51,897 nucleotides of DNA from Klebsormidium nitens (lineage: Eukaryota; Plantae; Klebsormidiophyceae), in assembly GCA_000708835.1 (NCBI GenBank), contig DF237557.1, positions 1 through 51,897 on the forward strand. The letters are read 5' to 3'. The notes below the pieces were generated by a model that did no database searches, had not been told where the DNA came from, and was given only the letters and a program-made list of their open reading frames with translations. Below, piece by piece: positions 1 to 10,990 of the stretch (position 1 is its first letter; each line of letters opens with the position of its first letter). A program made the translations under genes and the position numbers.

Positions 1-89
1 TAAGGGTGTCCGAGCCCAAAAGGCTGGCAGTAGTTCCAGTTCAATATGCATCAAGTTCTGATGTGTGAAGTCGTATAACGCACACAGCT

Positions 90-236
90 AGCTTGCACTG
101 AGATATATAGCTCCCGGGCACCCAAACCAAAAATCCTAACCAAAGAAATCAAGCGCTCCGCGCCCGCACCCACCCTAACCCCCAGAGTAACCCCACCCGT
201 CTCCCGGGTTCTTATCTTGCGGTGTCAGTGCAAGCT
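90..236. mobile_element. Small inverted-repeat (MITE-like) element A with C-rich/telomere-like core
   Basis: Perfect 12-bp inverted repeat AGCTTGCACTGA (90-101) / TCAGTGCAAGCT (225-236), with further imperfect GATA..CCCGGG symmetry inside. The core (121-203) is homologous to the reverse complement of 39481-39567. Confidence 0.55.
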
Positions 237-1098
237 GCTCTAAACAAGTGCAAGCTACGGCGTTGCCAAATTTGAAGGCAGCACCCAAACTGCTACTGCG
301 CCGCGCGGTCGACCAGTACTAGTAGACACTGAGTTCGCTGTCTGCACACGTCTGTCTGACGACCATCAATTGACGGCTGGAAGAGGTCCTAGGTCCGCGA
401 TCGACGGCGCAAGCTTTCGCTGAGGTTCAGTCCGACGGTTGAAGTCGTTGACCTGGACCGGTGCACAATGTACGCGTCACGCCGCATGTAAACGCGTACA
501 TAGCTTAGTACTGTAGCTACTCATACTGTAGGAACTGTACGTGGCCAAAGATCGACAGTGAAGTGTACCGGACAACGAAATTGGTACTGCGTTCTGTCAT
601 TGTTGAAAGCCAAGCAGCCAAAGCCGCATTGTGCGCAGGAGGAAGCATGTGTCCGCAGTCGTCGGTTCTCCATATGCTGTCGCGTCGGCGTGTCCAGTGC
701 GACAATCCAGACTGCCCTGCCGCATGCTGTGGACACACGTGCTCTGAGGCTGCGAAAATGGCGCCATTTAATGGCGGAGGATTTGACCAGCACCCGCGCT
801 GCGGCCGGGGGGTCAGCTCCTTCTGCTGAGCAAAGTCTCCCCGACAGTCTTAAAAGTGACGACATCCTACCTCGCTCAGTCGTCCTCCTGTCAATACGTA
901 AACGAAGTCCATCGCCGAGAGCAGCACTAGAAGGCTTAGGGCACAAGTATAAAGCTAGAACCACTTCCGCACTTCCTCATTTCTACCTTCGCGACTTCGT
1001 CTCCGGACGAAAAAAGCCAGTTGCAGAGAGACACTGCAACACTCCAGAAAGCGACGCTCCGTGCAGTCCCCACTACTAAGCTGCACTATTCCTTCACA

Positions 1099-4000
1099 AT
1101 GGCGGGCGCGCGCCTCGCGGCGACCCTCCTGGTCGTCGCGCTGAGCTCCCAGGTCGCCCTCGGGTGCTGGACCGGTTACGTCAACAACTGCGGGACGCGC
1201 ACCGCCAAGTGTCCCTGGTCCAGTAGCGCGGGCTACGGCGTCAAGCACTACCCGACGGACCTTACCAGCTGCAGCGGAGTGCAAGTCACGTGCTATTCCA
1301 ACAGCGGGTGCACCAACAAGGAGAGCACGGCGTGCGGGATCTGCTACATTGAGTCGGGGACGAACAAAGTGGTGCTGATGTGCTCGGCGACAACGTCGTT
1401 GATTAGCAGCAACTGGTTCTGGGGGAGCAGCAACTGCAAGGCGCTCGTGACCAACCCGGTGACGTCCAGCTGCGCGAACCCCAGTGAGTGACAGCTGGCA
1501 AAAGTCTTCTCATGGCGTTTTCTGAAGAGTTTTCTGCGAGACACACGAGGTTTTTACTTTAAAGGGGAAACGTCTGTGAGACTTTTGTGCAAGGTTGGGC
1601 CTCCTTCAAACATTTTGATAACAGAATACTAAGGAAGAGGTCGTGTTGGAAGTAAATTTTGCCAACAGGATACTGAGGAAGAGGTAGTTTTGGAAGTTAC
1701 TGCTGGAAGGTCGTACCGGTGTTCCTGTCAGGAAATTCTGGAACCACATGGGTGGGGTTCTATTTTGCGTCAGTGTTATGAAGGGGCTCTTGAAGACAGG
1801 TTTGTGTTGATCAAGGGTATCCAAGAGAGAGAGCTTGTTGAGAAACATTAAGAGTCGCCCATATGTTTCTTGCACGACTCTCCAAAGGCACCTCGGGGAG
1901 CACATTCCTGGCCTGTCTTATAACGGAATTGCTGCGGTCAGGTTTGTCATGAAAACGGAGAAGGGCTGCGGTTACAATTGTCCTTTGAACTATGTTGATT
2001 TGCTGAGTTGGGAGAAGGGAGGGCAGTCGACTGAAGTAGCAGGTCTTGCAGTTGAAGGTGACAGCACTAAGCAAACAGGGTTCTAGTGGGTGAGAGGGCT
2101 TGGGGGTTTCTAGAGGGGGCTTTCGTAATGCACCTTAGAAACGGACCTGAGAAGCTCTCACCGGCTAACGAGCGGGTCTTGCAGACATGGTAAAGAGTGG
2201 CCCTTGGCTTTGGGAGGCATGAGCTTAAGATCTCTTTAATGGACACGTGTCAGACATGCCGACTCTTTGGAATGCAAACTAGTTCTCACCTTGGGGATTA
2301 TTCTCCCCGGTAATGTTTGCTGACTTTCCTTTCCCCTTCTGTTGACTCGCGCAGTTCTGTACCCTGGCAACGGCATCTGCGGTGACCCCCACTTCGCTGC
2401 GCCCGGCGGCATCTTCTTCGACTGGCACGGAAAGCGCGACGAGAGCTTCAGCATCATCTCCGACTCGCGGTTCCAAGTGAGTTTGACGCTCTGGGTTCTA
2501 GCTATGCAGTCGAAAATACGAGATGATCGCGGTCTGCAGTCAAAATACGAGATGATCGCGGTCTGCAGTCAAAATACGGGATGATAGCGGTCTCCATCAA
2601 TTAAAGAGTGTATAGCTCTTTGGGTCGAGGCAGAATGATCGGCTTTCAAGCCCGGCATTGACAGCTGTTGGGACGAAAGCCGGGCATTGACAGCTGTTGG
2701 GACAAGAGCACTTTCGAGAGTCTCTGCTCCAGGCATCCCCAAAACATTGAAACTCTGTTGAAAGGAGATGTGACTACTCTGCAGACAATTCAAGAAGAAG
2801 GATTACAAATACCTCTGCAGATTGAACAGGGGCCATATTCAGGGGCCATATTCAGGGGCCATATTCTTGCACTTGCTTCCCTTTCGGAAAGAGGATTCTG
2901 TCTGGAGCCTCTTGACACTGTCACGACTCAACCTATTCTCGTGATGCTGTGTGCAGCTCAACGGCCGCTTCATTGGTCAGCGCGTCGACTCTGACAAGAT
3001 TGAGCCCGGCACCTGGATGGAGGTAAGGACCCCTGCTATCTGGGCTTCTTTCTAACAGTGCTCACCTCTGTCACACTTTCTACTGGTTTCTCAGTTTCAA
3101 CCGAAACTTTGGACCCTTTCCAGCAGACCCCGCCTGCGTTTCCCCCTCAATTTAGAGGTGACTGTCAACCAACGCTCTGTGGGACACATTCTGCCTCTCT
3201 TTAATTTTGCAAGTCTTCATTCTGAGCTGTTTCTCTACCTCGATCTACGAACAGCGCTGTTCGCGATTGTGAAAAGCACTGTTTCTCTTCTGCAAGGCGT
3301 CAAACTCAATGGGTCCATTCACTTCGCCCGTAATCGCTTGTGGGTCCCTTCCCGCACAGATTCTGACAGCTGTCGCTTTTTTGTTCCCGACAGGAGATCG
3401 GCATGGGCTACGTGGCTGAGAAGACCGACGACGTGCACTTCGTGACCATTGGTGTGGACCAGGAGAAGGAGCACGAGAACGCCGACGCCTTCTACTTCAC
3501 CTTCGACGGCGAGGACATCGCAGTCGGCTCCGTAAGTCGTGTCGCCTTCGAAGTCGAAGCGTTTGTGCATGTGCTTGTCAGCTTTGTGGGTTGTGCAAAG
3601 TAGCTGAGCTTGTTTGCGTGGCTAAGTTGTAAGCGTTGTGGTTTATGCAAAGAAGCCTGACCTCGTGCGAACGTACGAAGGACGGTGTTAAATTCTTTCT
3701 GCATCTGAGAACTATTCTCGTACCTTCACAGCTTGCGTCGTGTAAAACAGGGAAGTTCGAGACATTTAGTTCGATCGATGTATCACGCCCCTTACCATTC
3801 CTTCCACCTGACAAGCAGGTAAAGACTACTAGCTCCTCTCAAACCTTGCGCCGAAAATTAACCCTGACGCCCGCCCTTGTCTTAGGGCTCCAAGACGTAC
3901 ACGTGGCAGTCCCCTGACGGCATGGTGACCGTCACCCGCAAGCCGCACATGCGCGCGCAGGCGCACGTCAAGATCGAGGGACTGTTTGAGGCGACCTTCT

Positions 4001-5171
4001 ACACCCGCGTCGAGAGCAGGATCCAGGTAAGACCCACGAGAGCCTTTCCATAGCAACCGTTTGGTTGCCATGAGTCATCGAGCTGGCAGAAAAGCTGGCA
4101 AAAAAGCTGGCAGAAAAGCTGGCAGAAAAGCTTGTCCAAAAGAGTGGCCCGAAGGCGATGGGTTTACATGCTCTTTGTTTGGCACTTCATCCTGATCGAA
4201 GGACGACTTCTTTCCAGTCAACTTATGGATCGACGTTTCAGTCAACTTATGGATCGACGTTTCTTTAAGTGCGTCCTAGTCGAAAGTTTTGTAAGCTCTC
4301 GTCTTGTTACCACGTCCTTCCATCTAATTTCTTGTGCGTTTCTGACGGGACTCGAATTGTACGCTCCGTTCATTCTGATGGTTCCTTTCCGCCGGCTAAG
4401 CTCTTCTCTCGCCTCCCCCCCGTGCAGCTGGAGCCGCTGGGCAAGTACCTGGACCTGGAGATGGACAACCTGCAGCTCACCAAGCACGTGCACGGTGTCC
4501 TGGTGAGCCGCCCCGCTGACTCGCCCCGCTCTTTCTCAAAATCTAGGGTCTCATGTATCGTCGTAGAGACTGCAAGCAAAGACCTGCCCGCCTTATTTTT
4601 CTGGGAAGCAAAACTTTGACTGCCTCTGTTCCCGTAACAAAAGAGCTAGGACAGTGCACGACATTTGCAGTTCCCCAGTTGCATCTTCATCTCATAGAGT
4701 AGTGGACAGCGGCTGAGATGGACAACGCTGAAGGAGGAACGATCTCATATTCTTCCAAGGTGATCAGACGGCTACAGATAATACAGACGAAACAGACGTA
4801 TTATCATTTTACCCAAGATACGTTTCAACCCTTCTATCTAGAACCCTTTCCTTTCCTCCCAGGGCCAAATGTTCCGCCCCGACATTTTGGAGCGGAAGGA
4901 GCGCGCGGCCGCGAACGCGACGTCGCACGAGGCGCTGGTGGACGGCACCACGGAGGACTACCGTGTGTCTGACGTCACGGCTTACGACAGCGCGTTCAAC
5001 CAGTTCCACCACGGCGCGGGCCTGCGCATCAAGTCCTTCAACATCGTGTCTGACGTCAGCCGCGCCATGCGCAAGATGATGAGCGTCGACGTGCCCGCGG
5101 TGACCGGCGCTGACGTCACCGTCAGCCGCCTGGCGTGCAGCCAGGGCGCGGGGCGGCTGGTGTGCGCGTAG
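1099..5171 (+). CDS. Secreted Cys-rich protein with Root_cap / LEA-related (VWD-like) domain; 7 exons
   Basis: Exons 1099-1483, 2355-2476, 2957-3022, 3394-3531, 3886-4026, 4428-4502, 4863-5171; all introns GT-AG and phase-compatible. Signal peptide MAGARLAATLLVVALSSQVALG, then an 11-Cys domain. Family motifs ICGDPHF..FDWHGKRDESFSIISD, LNGRFIG, TWME, LTKHVHGVLGQMFRPD and C-terminal C..G.G.LVC. Confidence 0.85.
2505..2593. repeat. Intronic tandem repeat, about 29-30 bp x3
   Basis: Unit TGCAGTC(G)AAAATACGAGATGATCGCGGTC repeated three times with few changes. Confidence 0.9.
2827..2865. repeat. Intronic tandem repeat, 13 bp x3
   Basis: CAGGGGCCATATT x3. Confidence 0.9.
4081..4131. repeat. Intronic tandem repeat, about 12-13 bp x4
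   Basis: AGCTGGCA(G/A)AAA(A) units. Confidence 0.85.
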
Positions 5172-7408
5172 GGGTGTTTCAACATATTTTAGAATTAGGG
5201 CGAAGGAGTCAGCTGACAGTCCGAATCAGTCCGGATTCATTCAAACTTAACCACAGACAAACCAAATAATGCTTGACGAGGTAGCAAGTTCTCGAAGCCA
5301 ATACTTTAATGAGGATTGTTGCAAAAGGATTGGTGCGGAAGGTCTTAATGCAATATAAGGAGTGACTGGTGCGGAAGGTTTTGAATAAGGTTGTGATTAC
5401 AGAAACAGTCATTGAATTGCAAGGATGCGGCGGCTGCCGCTGGAAGGGACCGTGTGTTCTTGTCGACCCTGCTTTGTCTGGCTTGAAGGTCAAACTACAA
5501 TCACTTTGCCGCAAAGATCTGCATGTATGTCTTCTTGCCCAATCTTGAGAGTTACAAGCGGCTCTACCATGCATTGATGTGGCAGTTCTGAAGTGCATCC
5601 ACCTTCGTCAGACCTACGTTGACACCCTCGATGAGCCCACAGATTGAAGGCTTGAGGTCTTAAGTTCCCCTCTGGTTGGATTCAAGTCTAGGTCGGCCGG
5701 GCTCTCACAGGCGGAGACAAAATTTGCTACACTTGTACGGAGTAAGAATGAATCATGTCTGCGGATCCGACAGTAGCATCGGTGACTCCCGGGCCGAAGC
5801 GGCAAGATGAGTAAGTAAATCATATATGTGTTCACATGAAGTTGACGGTGATGCAGGTCCAAATAGTAACACGTTCAACCTAGCTAGGTGAATCTATGTG
5901 TTTTGTGTACGTTGTGATGCCATCTATAGCTGAACAAATGAGCGGCTGCATAGGCTTCTCCGAACATAGTACACAATTTCAAATCAATGGCGCAATGTGC
6001 TTGGCAAGCCTGTTCATCCGCAGCCGTACGTCGCATGAGCTTGTCACTCATGCAAAGTACTAGGAAACCGGTATACATACCGCGCCCGGCGTTAATTAGT
6101 GATATACATAGCATCTTAGTATGTATCTAATCGATCGCGTTCGATCGAATAGGATGGTCAAGCCATTGCATCCATTGATCGGACGATTTGCCAAGCCTGT
6201 TGGACCTCTGGAGCTAGAGCTAATGTTTGATGGATGAACGGATACAGTTGCATGTACGTTGGCCGGGCGGCCAACAGCACTTGGCGGACCCGCAGCTGTC
6301 TGATCTACAAGCCAGCCTAGGCGCTTACCCTGGAAGCTAATTGAATGAGTCACCATGATCAATTGAAGTGAATTGACTGCATATCAAAGCTTTCAGATCC
6401 GATACTTCTGATTAAGAATGCAACTTATCTGAAGGCTGCAAATACACTGCAATCCATTCTGATTACCCCAGCAATTGAATTACCATCAATCATCGGGTGG
6501 TACCGTCAGATCTCAATCTCTGAAGCGGAAGGACCAATTCAGCAAAGTTGCACGGGCGCACCATGCCATTGACACTGATTTGGCTTATGCGGCGGCCACT
6601 GTTTGGCTTATGCGGCGGCCGCTGTTGACTCTTTGCAGTGGTGCAACTTACACTTCTCTTTGTATAAGTTCTTGGGTAAGATCCCCACCCTTTCGTAAAT
6701 AGTCAGCTAGTCACTAAGGATTGTGCCAAGACTCTACAGAATACCGGCCGCGTTTTGAACTGCTTAACCTGCGCTTGCTATCAGATTGGGACTGTTTTAA
6801 TACAAGAATATCACTTAGTTAGACCCAGAGGACAGCAATTCTCCTGAGAATAAAGGTGTTCTGTCGATGTCTACAGACTGTACACGTGTTGCACAACGAT
6901 GTTGCCCTCAGGCTGCACTCCTGCCTCGTTAACGTGGTTCTACTGTGTCAACTGCGAGCATCCAGCTGGATGCTAGGTGCTGCTCGCAGCGTCATGAGGG
7001 AAAACCATGTTGACAAGGGGCAAGTAAACCAACAACACGCCCTGATTCAACAGCGGATTTTGAAATTTTGACTATCTTTGCTTTGAGGATCGATCTCATA
7101 TATCCTGCGGCGGGGTGGCTAATACAGACTCATTTTACCGCCAGAGGAACACGAGGAGGCCCACTAACAATAACGTGTTGACCACAACCACAGGACAGAT
7201 GTATTGCGAGTATCACATGACCTGCAGGAGTGACACAATCACAGGTTGGCTACTCCAGCAGAATATTCTGTGCAGGCCACAGCTTTTTGACGTAAAAGCA
7301 AGACATGCTGGTAAACAACAAACATTTACCCCTGGCTCAGCACCAAGGTGACAACCTTCCAAATGTTGTGGCGGCTCAGGAAACACCTTGACGGACAATA
7401 TTGCTCCA

Positions 7409-8071
7409 TCAACTGCAATAAGATCTGTCCTCTGCAATTGGGCTGCCAGACCAACAGCTGGCTCTTCTCACCTCGTCATAAACTGTCCGCCACAGAGATT
7501 GGGGCAGCCCCCGCTCCTGCCCCACCGTATCATGGATAGTCTGCGGAAGGAGCGGTGCGCTGATACCCCTGCTCAGAACCTGCCTGACCTTTTGCGAACC
7601 CTCACATGACCTGCATGTGCCCTCTATACACTTAGCATTGTGATCCAAAGCCCCGGACACGGAAGGAGTGGCTGCCTGCCTGACGCTGTCTTCATCATTA
7701 GTGCCTCTGCAGATCGAGCTTCCGTCGTCCACCGTAACTTCAAGGTGACAGTCGTTGCATGAAGCTGCATCCTCTGTAGGCAGCCCGACAGGGACTGTCT
7801 GAATGAAGACGCCCATTCCAAGGTAGCGGTAGTACTCCAGGCAATTATCAATAAGAAGCTGGGAAGAAGCTGGTGGCAGTGGCAGTTCCGCCACTGCGCC
7901 AGCACTTGTCACGACTTCAGCTGCAGCCTCTGTGAGCATGGGCCGAGGGCTTCTTATCTGACAAGGTCGTGCGCGCGTGGGGTACGCGCAGCTCCGAGCT
8001 TCTTGTGGCCTCCTGCTTCCGTCAGCTTCAATTATTAAAGGTGACTGCAAAAGTGTCGGCGTCGCAACCAC
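7409..8071 (-). CDS. Hypothetical protein (orphan ORF; probable first exon 7939-7472)
   Basis: 220-codon ORF with an internal ATG at 7939 and a phase-0 GAG|GTGAGA donor at 7472/7471. Protein-like stretch LLIDNCLEYYRYLGMGVFIQTVP. No recognisable domain, and downstream exons could not be resolved. Confidence 0.3.
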   Translation of the reverse strand: MVATPTLLQSPLIIEADGSRRPQEARSCAYPTRARPCQIRSPRPMLTEAAAEVVTSAGAVAELPLPPASSQLLIDNCLEYYRYLGMGVFIQTVPVGLPTEDAASCNDCHLEVTVDDGSSICRGTNDEDSVRQAATPSVSGALDHNAKCIEGTCRSCEGSQKVRQVLSRGISAPLLPQTIHDTVGQERGLPQSLWRTVYDEVRRASCWSGSPIAEDRSYCS

Positions 8072-8762
8072 TGCGGTCTCCGCTCAACCGTCGATGGAGG
8101 CTCGAGACTGGCCGGATATCAAGGGACGGTTGGCCACTCGATTGGTTTCGGAACTCAGCAACCGCGGCTGCTGCGTACACTGGCTACAGGAATTCAGCAC
8201 CACAGCAAGTGGAGTGTTAGTGAGACACTCGACCCCCCCTCCTAAAATTGCGGTATCGAATCGCATTTAATGCTCTGCTGTAGTTGGCTAGTCTAAGGCT
8301 GTTTCGATGCCGAGACAAATTTGCCATCAAAAACGGTTGATCGGACCGAATCTACACCAACTTCCAGTCTACAGTTTTGCACTACGGTATACTATTCTTA
8401 AGCATTTAATGCTCGGTTATCCCAAATACTGACGGTTAAAGTGACCGCGTATATAACCCCGCAAGTTCTAATTTTGTCAGCGTATCGTTGGACGCGCTCA
8501 CCTACCTACTTTATCCTACAACAAAACCTACAAATGACGAAGTTTCGAACGTTTCGAACCTTTTATAGGTCGAAATTGGCATCGATTCTAGAAGCACCGG
8601 GCGACCACTCTGCGCCAAGACGGCTCACATGTTATCTACCTCAAGAAACAAAGTCGCTACAGAGGCCAGCGACCAAATGACGCGCTTTAACCTTCAGGAT
8701 GAGTCCAAAGGTCTAACCTGGTCGCCAAGCGCTGCAGGATGCTGCAGCATCAGGAAACCGTG

Positions 8763-8791
8763 TTGACCCGGTTGACCGTCAACCGGGTCAA
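8763..8791. promoter_or_regulatory. Perfect 13-bp hairpin made of four W-box-type TTGAC(C) cores
   Basis: TTGACCCGGTTGA-CCG-TCAACCGGGTCAA. The hairpin is seen directly; a WRKY-binding function is inferred only. Confidence 0.35.
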
Positions 8792-10990
8792 AGACTTGCT
8801 ATCCATGTAGAGGAACAGACTGCAAATAGCGCATGTCCTCTACGACACATGCTTTTCCTGAAACCGTGTCCCGAGGAAAGGGGCGGCTAACCGCTTTCTA
8901 ACTTGCCCGGAACAGCGGACATGCACTTATGAAATCATAAATGCTTGCTAAAAAGTGGCGAGTAGTTTCTGTTCTCAACTTTCAAGAGTTTTGCACGTTT
9001 TGCGATGAAAAAGCAGACTCAAACGCTGAGTGCGTGTCATAAATGCGGGACGATCCGAGTAGAATTTCCACACCCTAGTAACGTACTGCTTCTGACAAGA
9101 ATACCGTACATATCGTGTTACATTATAGTAGCTTTGTAGCTCTTGTGATCGAAAACAGTGCTGTCATCTACGAAAATAGTGAATTAAGTACTAGTATTGG
9201 CCTAGTATTGGATACACATACCGTATATTGTATGATAATACACGGAAGAGTGTCAATATTAGAGTCCTTGATAAGGAGTGACCATCAGAGTCCTGCGGCA
9301 CCCTGAGCACCCGCTTCAATGCTACGCTTTGAAGTCGCCGCCAGGGCCCGCAACCTGGAATTGGGAGTCACCGTAGCTCAGTAGCTGTTACTAGGTAAGA
9401 CAGTATCTCGAACGTACGTTTTCTGGTTGGGAAATGCACGTGAAGTTCGCCCTTGAAAGTTCAGGCCTGGAATCAGGTACCTAAATAGAATAGCTGGCTG
9501 ATACTGGGTAAACCTATGACAGCAAGATTGATCATCCCTACAACCACTTGCCAGTGTCCCCCACTTACTCCACAATCACTTTTAGCGTCTTACAATACAA
9601 CATTACCGTACTGTTGTCATGGGTTGTCATTTCAACATGTTGTACTTCAGTTGGCGCAATCATTGCGCAAGCACCTTTGGCCGCGTCAACCTAGCGGCTG
9701 TCAGAGATTCTCAGTCTGAGATTGGATCAACCTGCACACACAACGTTGTTTCAACTGTTGTGCATTTGCATATGCCACAGAACAACACGATGGTCATCAG
9801 CTCCGCAAAGCCACTGAAGGTCCTGATACACACGTACTATCCGGAGACGTCTGCAAACGAAGTACAAATCATCCAACCTCCGAGTCTGGGTCCAAAACCA
9901 CCTCGACAAGCCTCGAAGCTTACTTCCACAGCCAAACTTTAGCTCAGGTATACACATAGGATCGATCCACTGGGCCCACAAAATCAGCCAGTGGCAAAGC
10001 GAATGGTCACCAGCCAATCGGCAGTGTCTTCCTCTCTCCGTCGGTCTCTTGAGCTGGACATTTGCCAATCCGTTGTTGAAGGATAAGGCAAGCCAAGTGA
10101 CAAGAAGGATCAATCAAGAGGGTCACAGGATTCAATGCTGAAGTGCTGGTAGTTTTGTCAACGCACACGAAGTGCTTCCCAGTACACGGGTAAAACATCG
10201 GGAGGCTGCATCGGCTTGGAAAAGGTAGGCCCCAAGCACTTGCTCCTCATGCTGAGTTGCCTTTGAGATCGACAAAATTTCCTATGCTTGTAGCCAGTCC
10301 CTTCTGCCCCTCTTCGCTCTGATGAAAGCGGGAGCTGACTTGCTGACTCAAGCAGGCAGGAGGGTCAGGACGACGTCCCAAGCTTTTGCCCTCTTTCCAG
10401 ACGTCTCAGAAACGGCAAAACATTCTAGCACTGCAACAACTCCTTTTGCCAACTGAACAGCGGAATCCCCTCACTGAACTGCTGCTGTGAAGGCTGGGCT
10501 TGACATATGAATAGAGCAGTGCTAATGGTTATGAAGGCTTTGTTGCAGACAACCCTCAGAGACGTCCGATCTTCCTAGGCACGGAAGGCTCGTCGACTCT
10601 TCAAGATTCAGATGTGAAGGCTTCTAGCAAATTGCCAGATCATCCTGTTTGTCATCTTGTCTTGTTCGTGCTTTAGAAATGCGTATATTCTGAAGCATTC
10701 CTATCACTAGCAACGGCGGCCATCACTGCAAAATGCAGACCGGAACTAACCCGGTTAGACTGAGAAGGAGACTCCCTATGAAGGAGCTTCTGAGCATCCC
10801 AATGAATGCGCTACAAAGGCATCATTGGAAGCTTCCTTTCTTACAAAGCCGATTGAAATTGACTTTGGGCTTCCATTGAGCTTCAGTCCTGCCCATTGAT
10901 CCCGGTCTGGCACTGTTCTTAACCTTTCCCTTCTACGCTGATTTCCAAAGGTACTGATTCCCCTTCCCGATCTTACTTCTTTCAGAAGCC

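Noticed and set aside
521-1079. Overlapping ORFs of 147-173 aa upstream of the Root_cap gene
   Set aside because: No codon bias, domain or splice support; likely promoter or 5' region.
1606-2240. Possible transposon ORF remnant in intron 1 of the Root_cap gene
   Set aside because: No transposase, RT or integrase motif, and no terminal repeats recognised.
6957-6974. 18-bp perfect palindrome AGCATCCAGCTGGATGCT
   Set aside because: Real but isolated, with no context suggesting function.
8750-8861. H/ACA snoRNA on the minus strand (ATAGCA box between hairpins, ACA after)
   Set aside because: The hairpins are too short, and one is a perfect stem lacking a pseudouridylation pocket.
10318-10360. 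Hammerhead ribozyme core (CTGATGA)
   Set aside because: No stem II followed by GAAA and no matching cleavage-site helices.
9300-10700. Possible additional gene (several 60-120 aa ORFs)
   Set aside because: No consistent exon chain or recognisable motifs on either strand.
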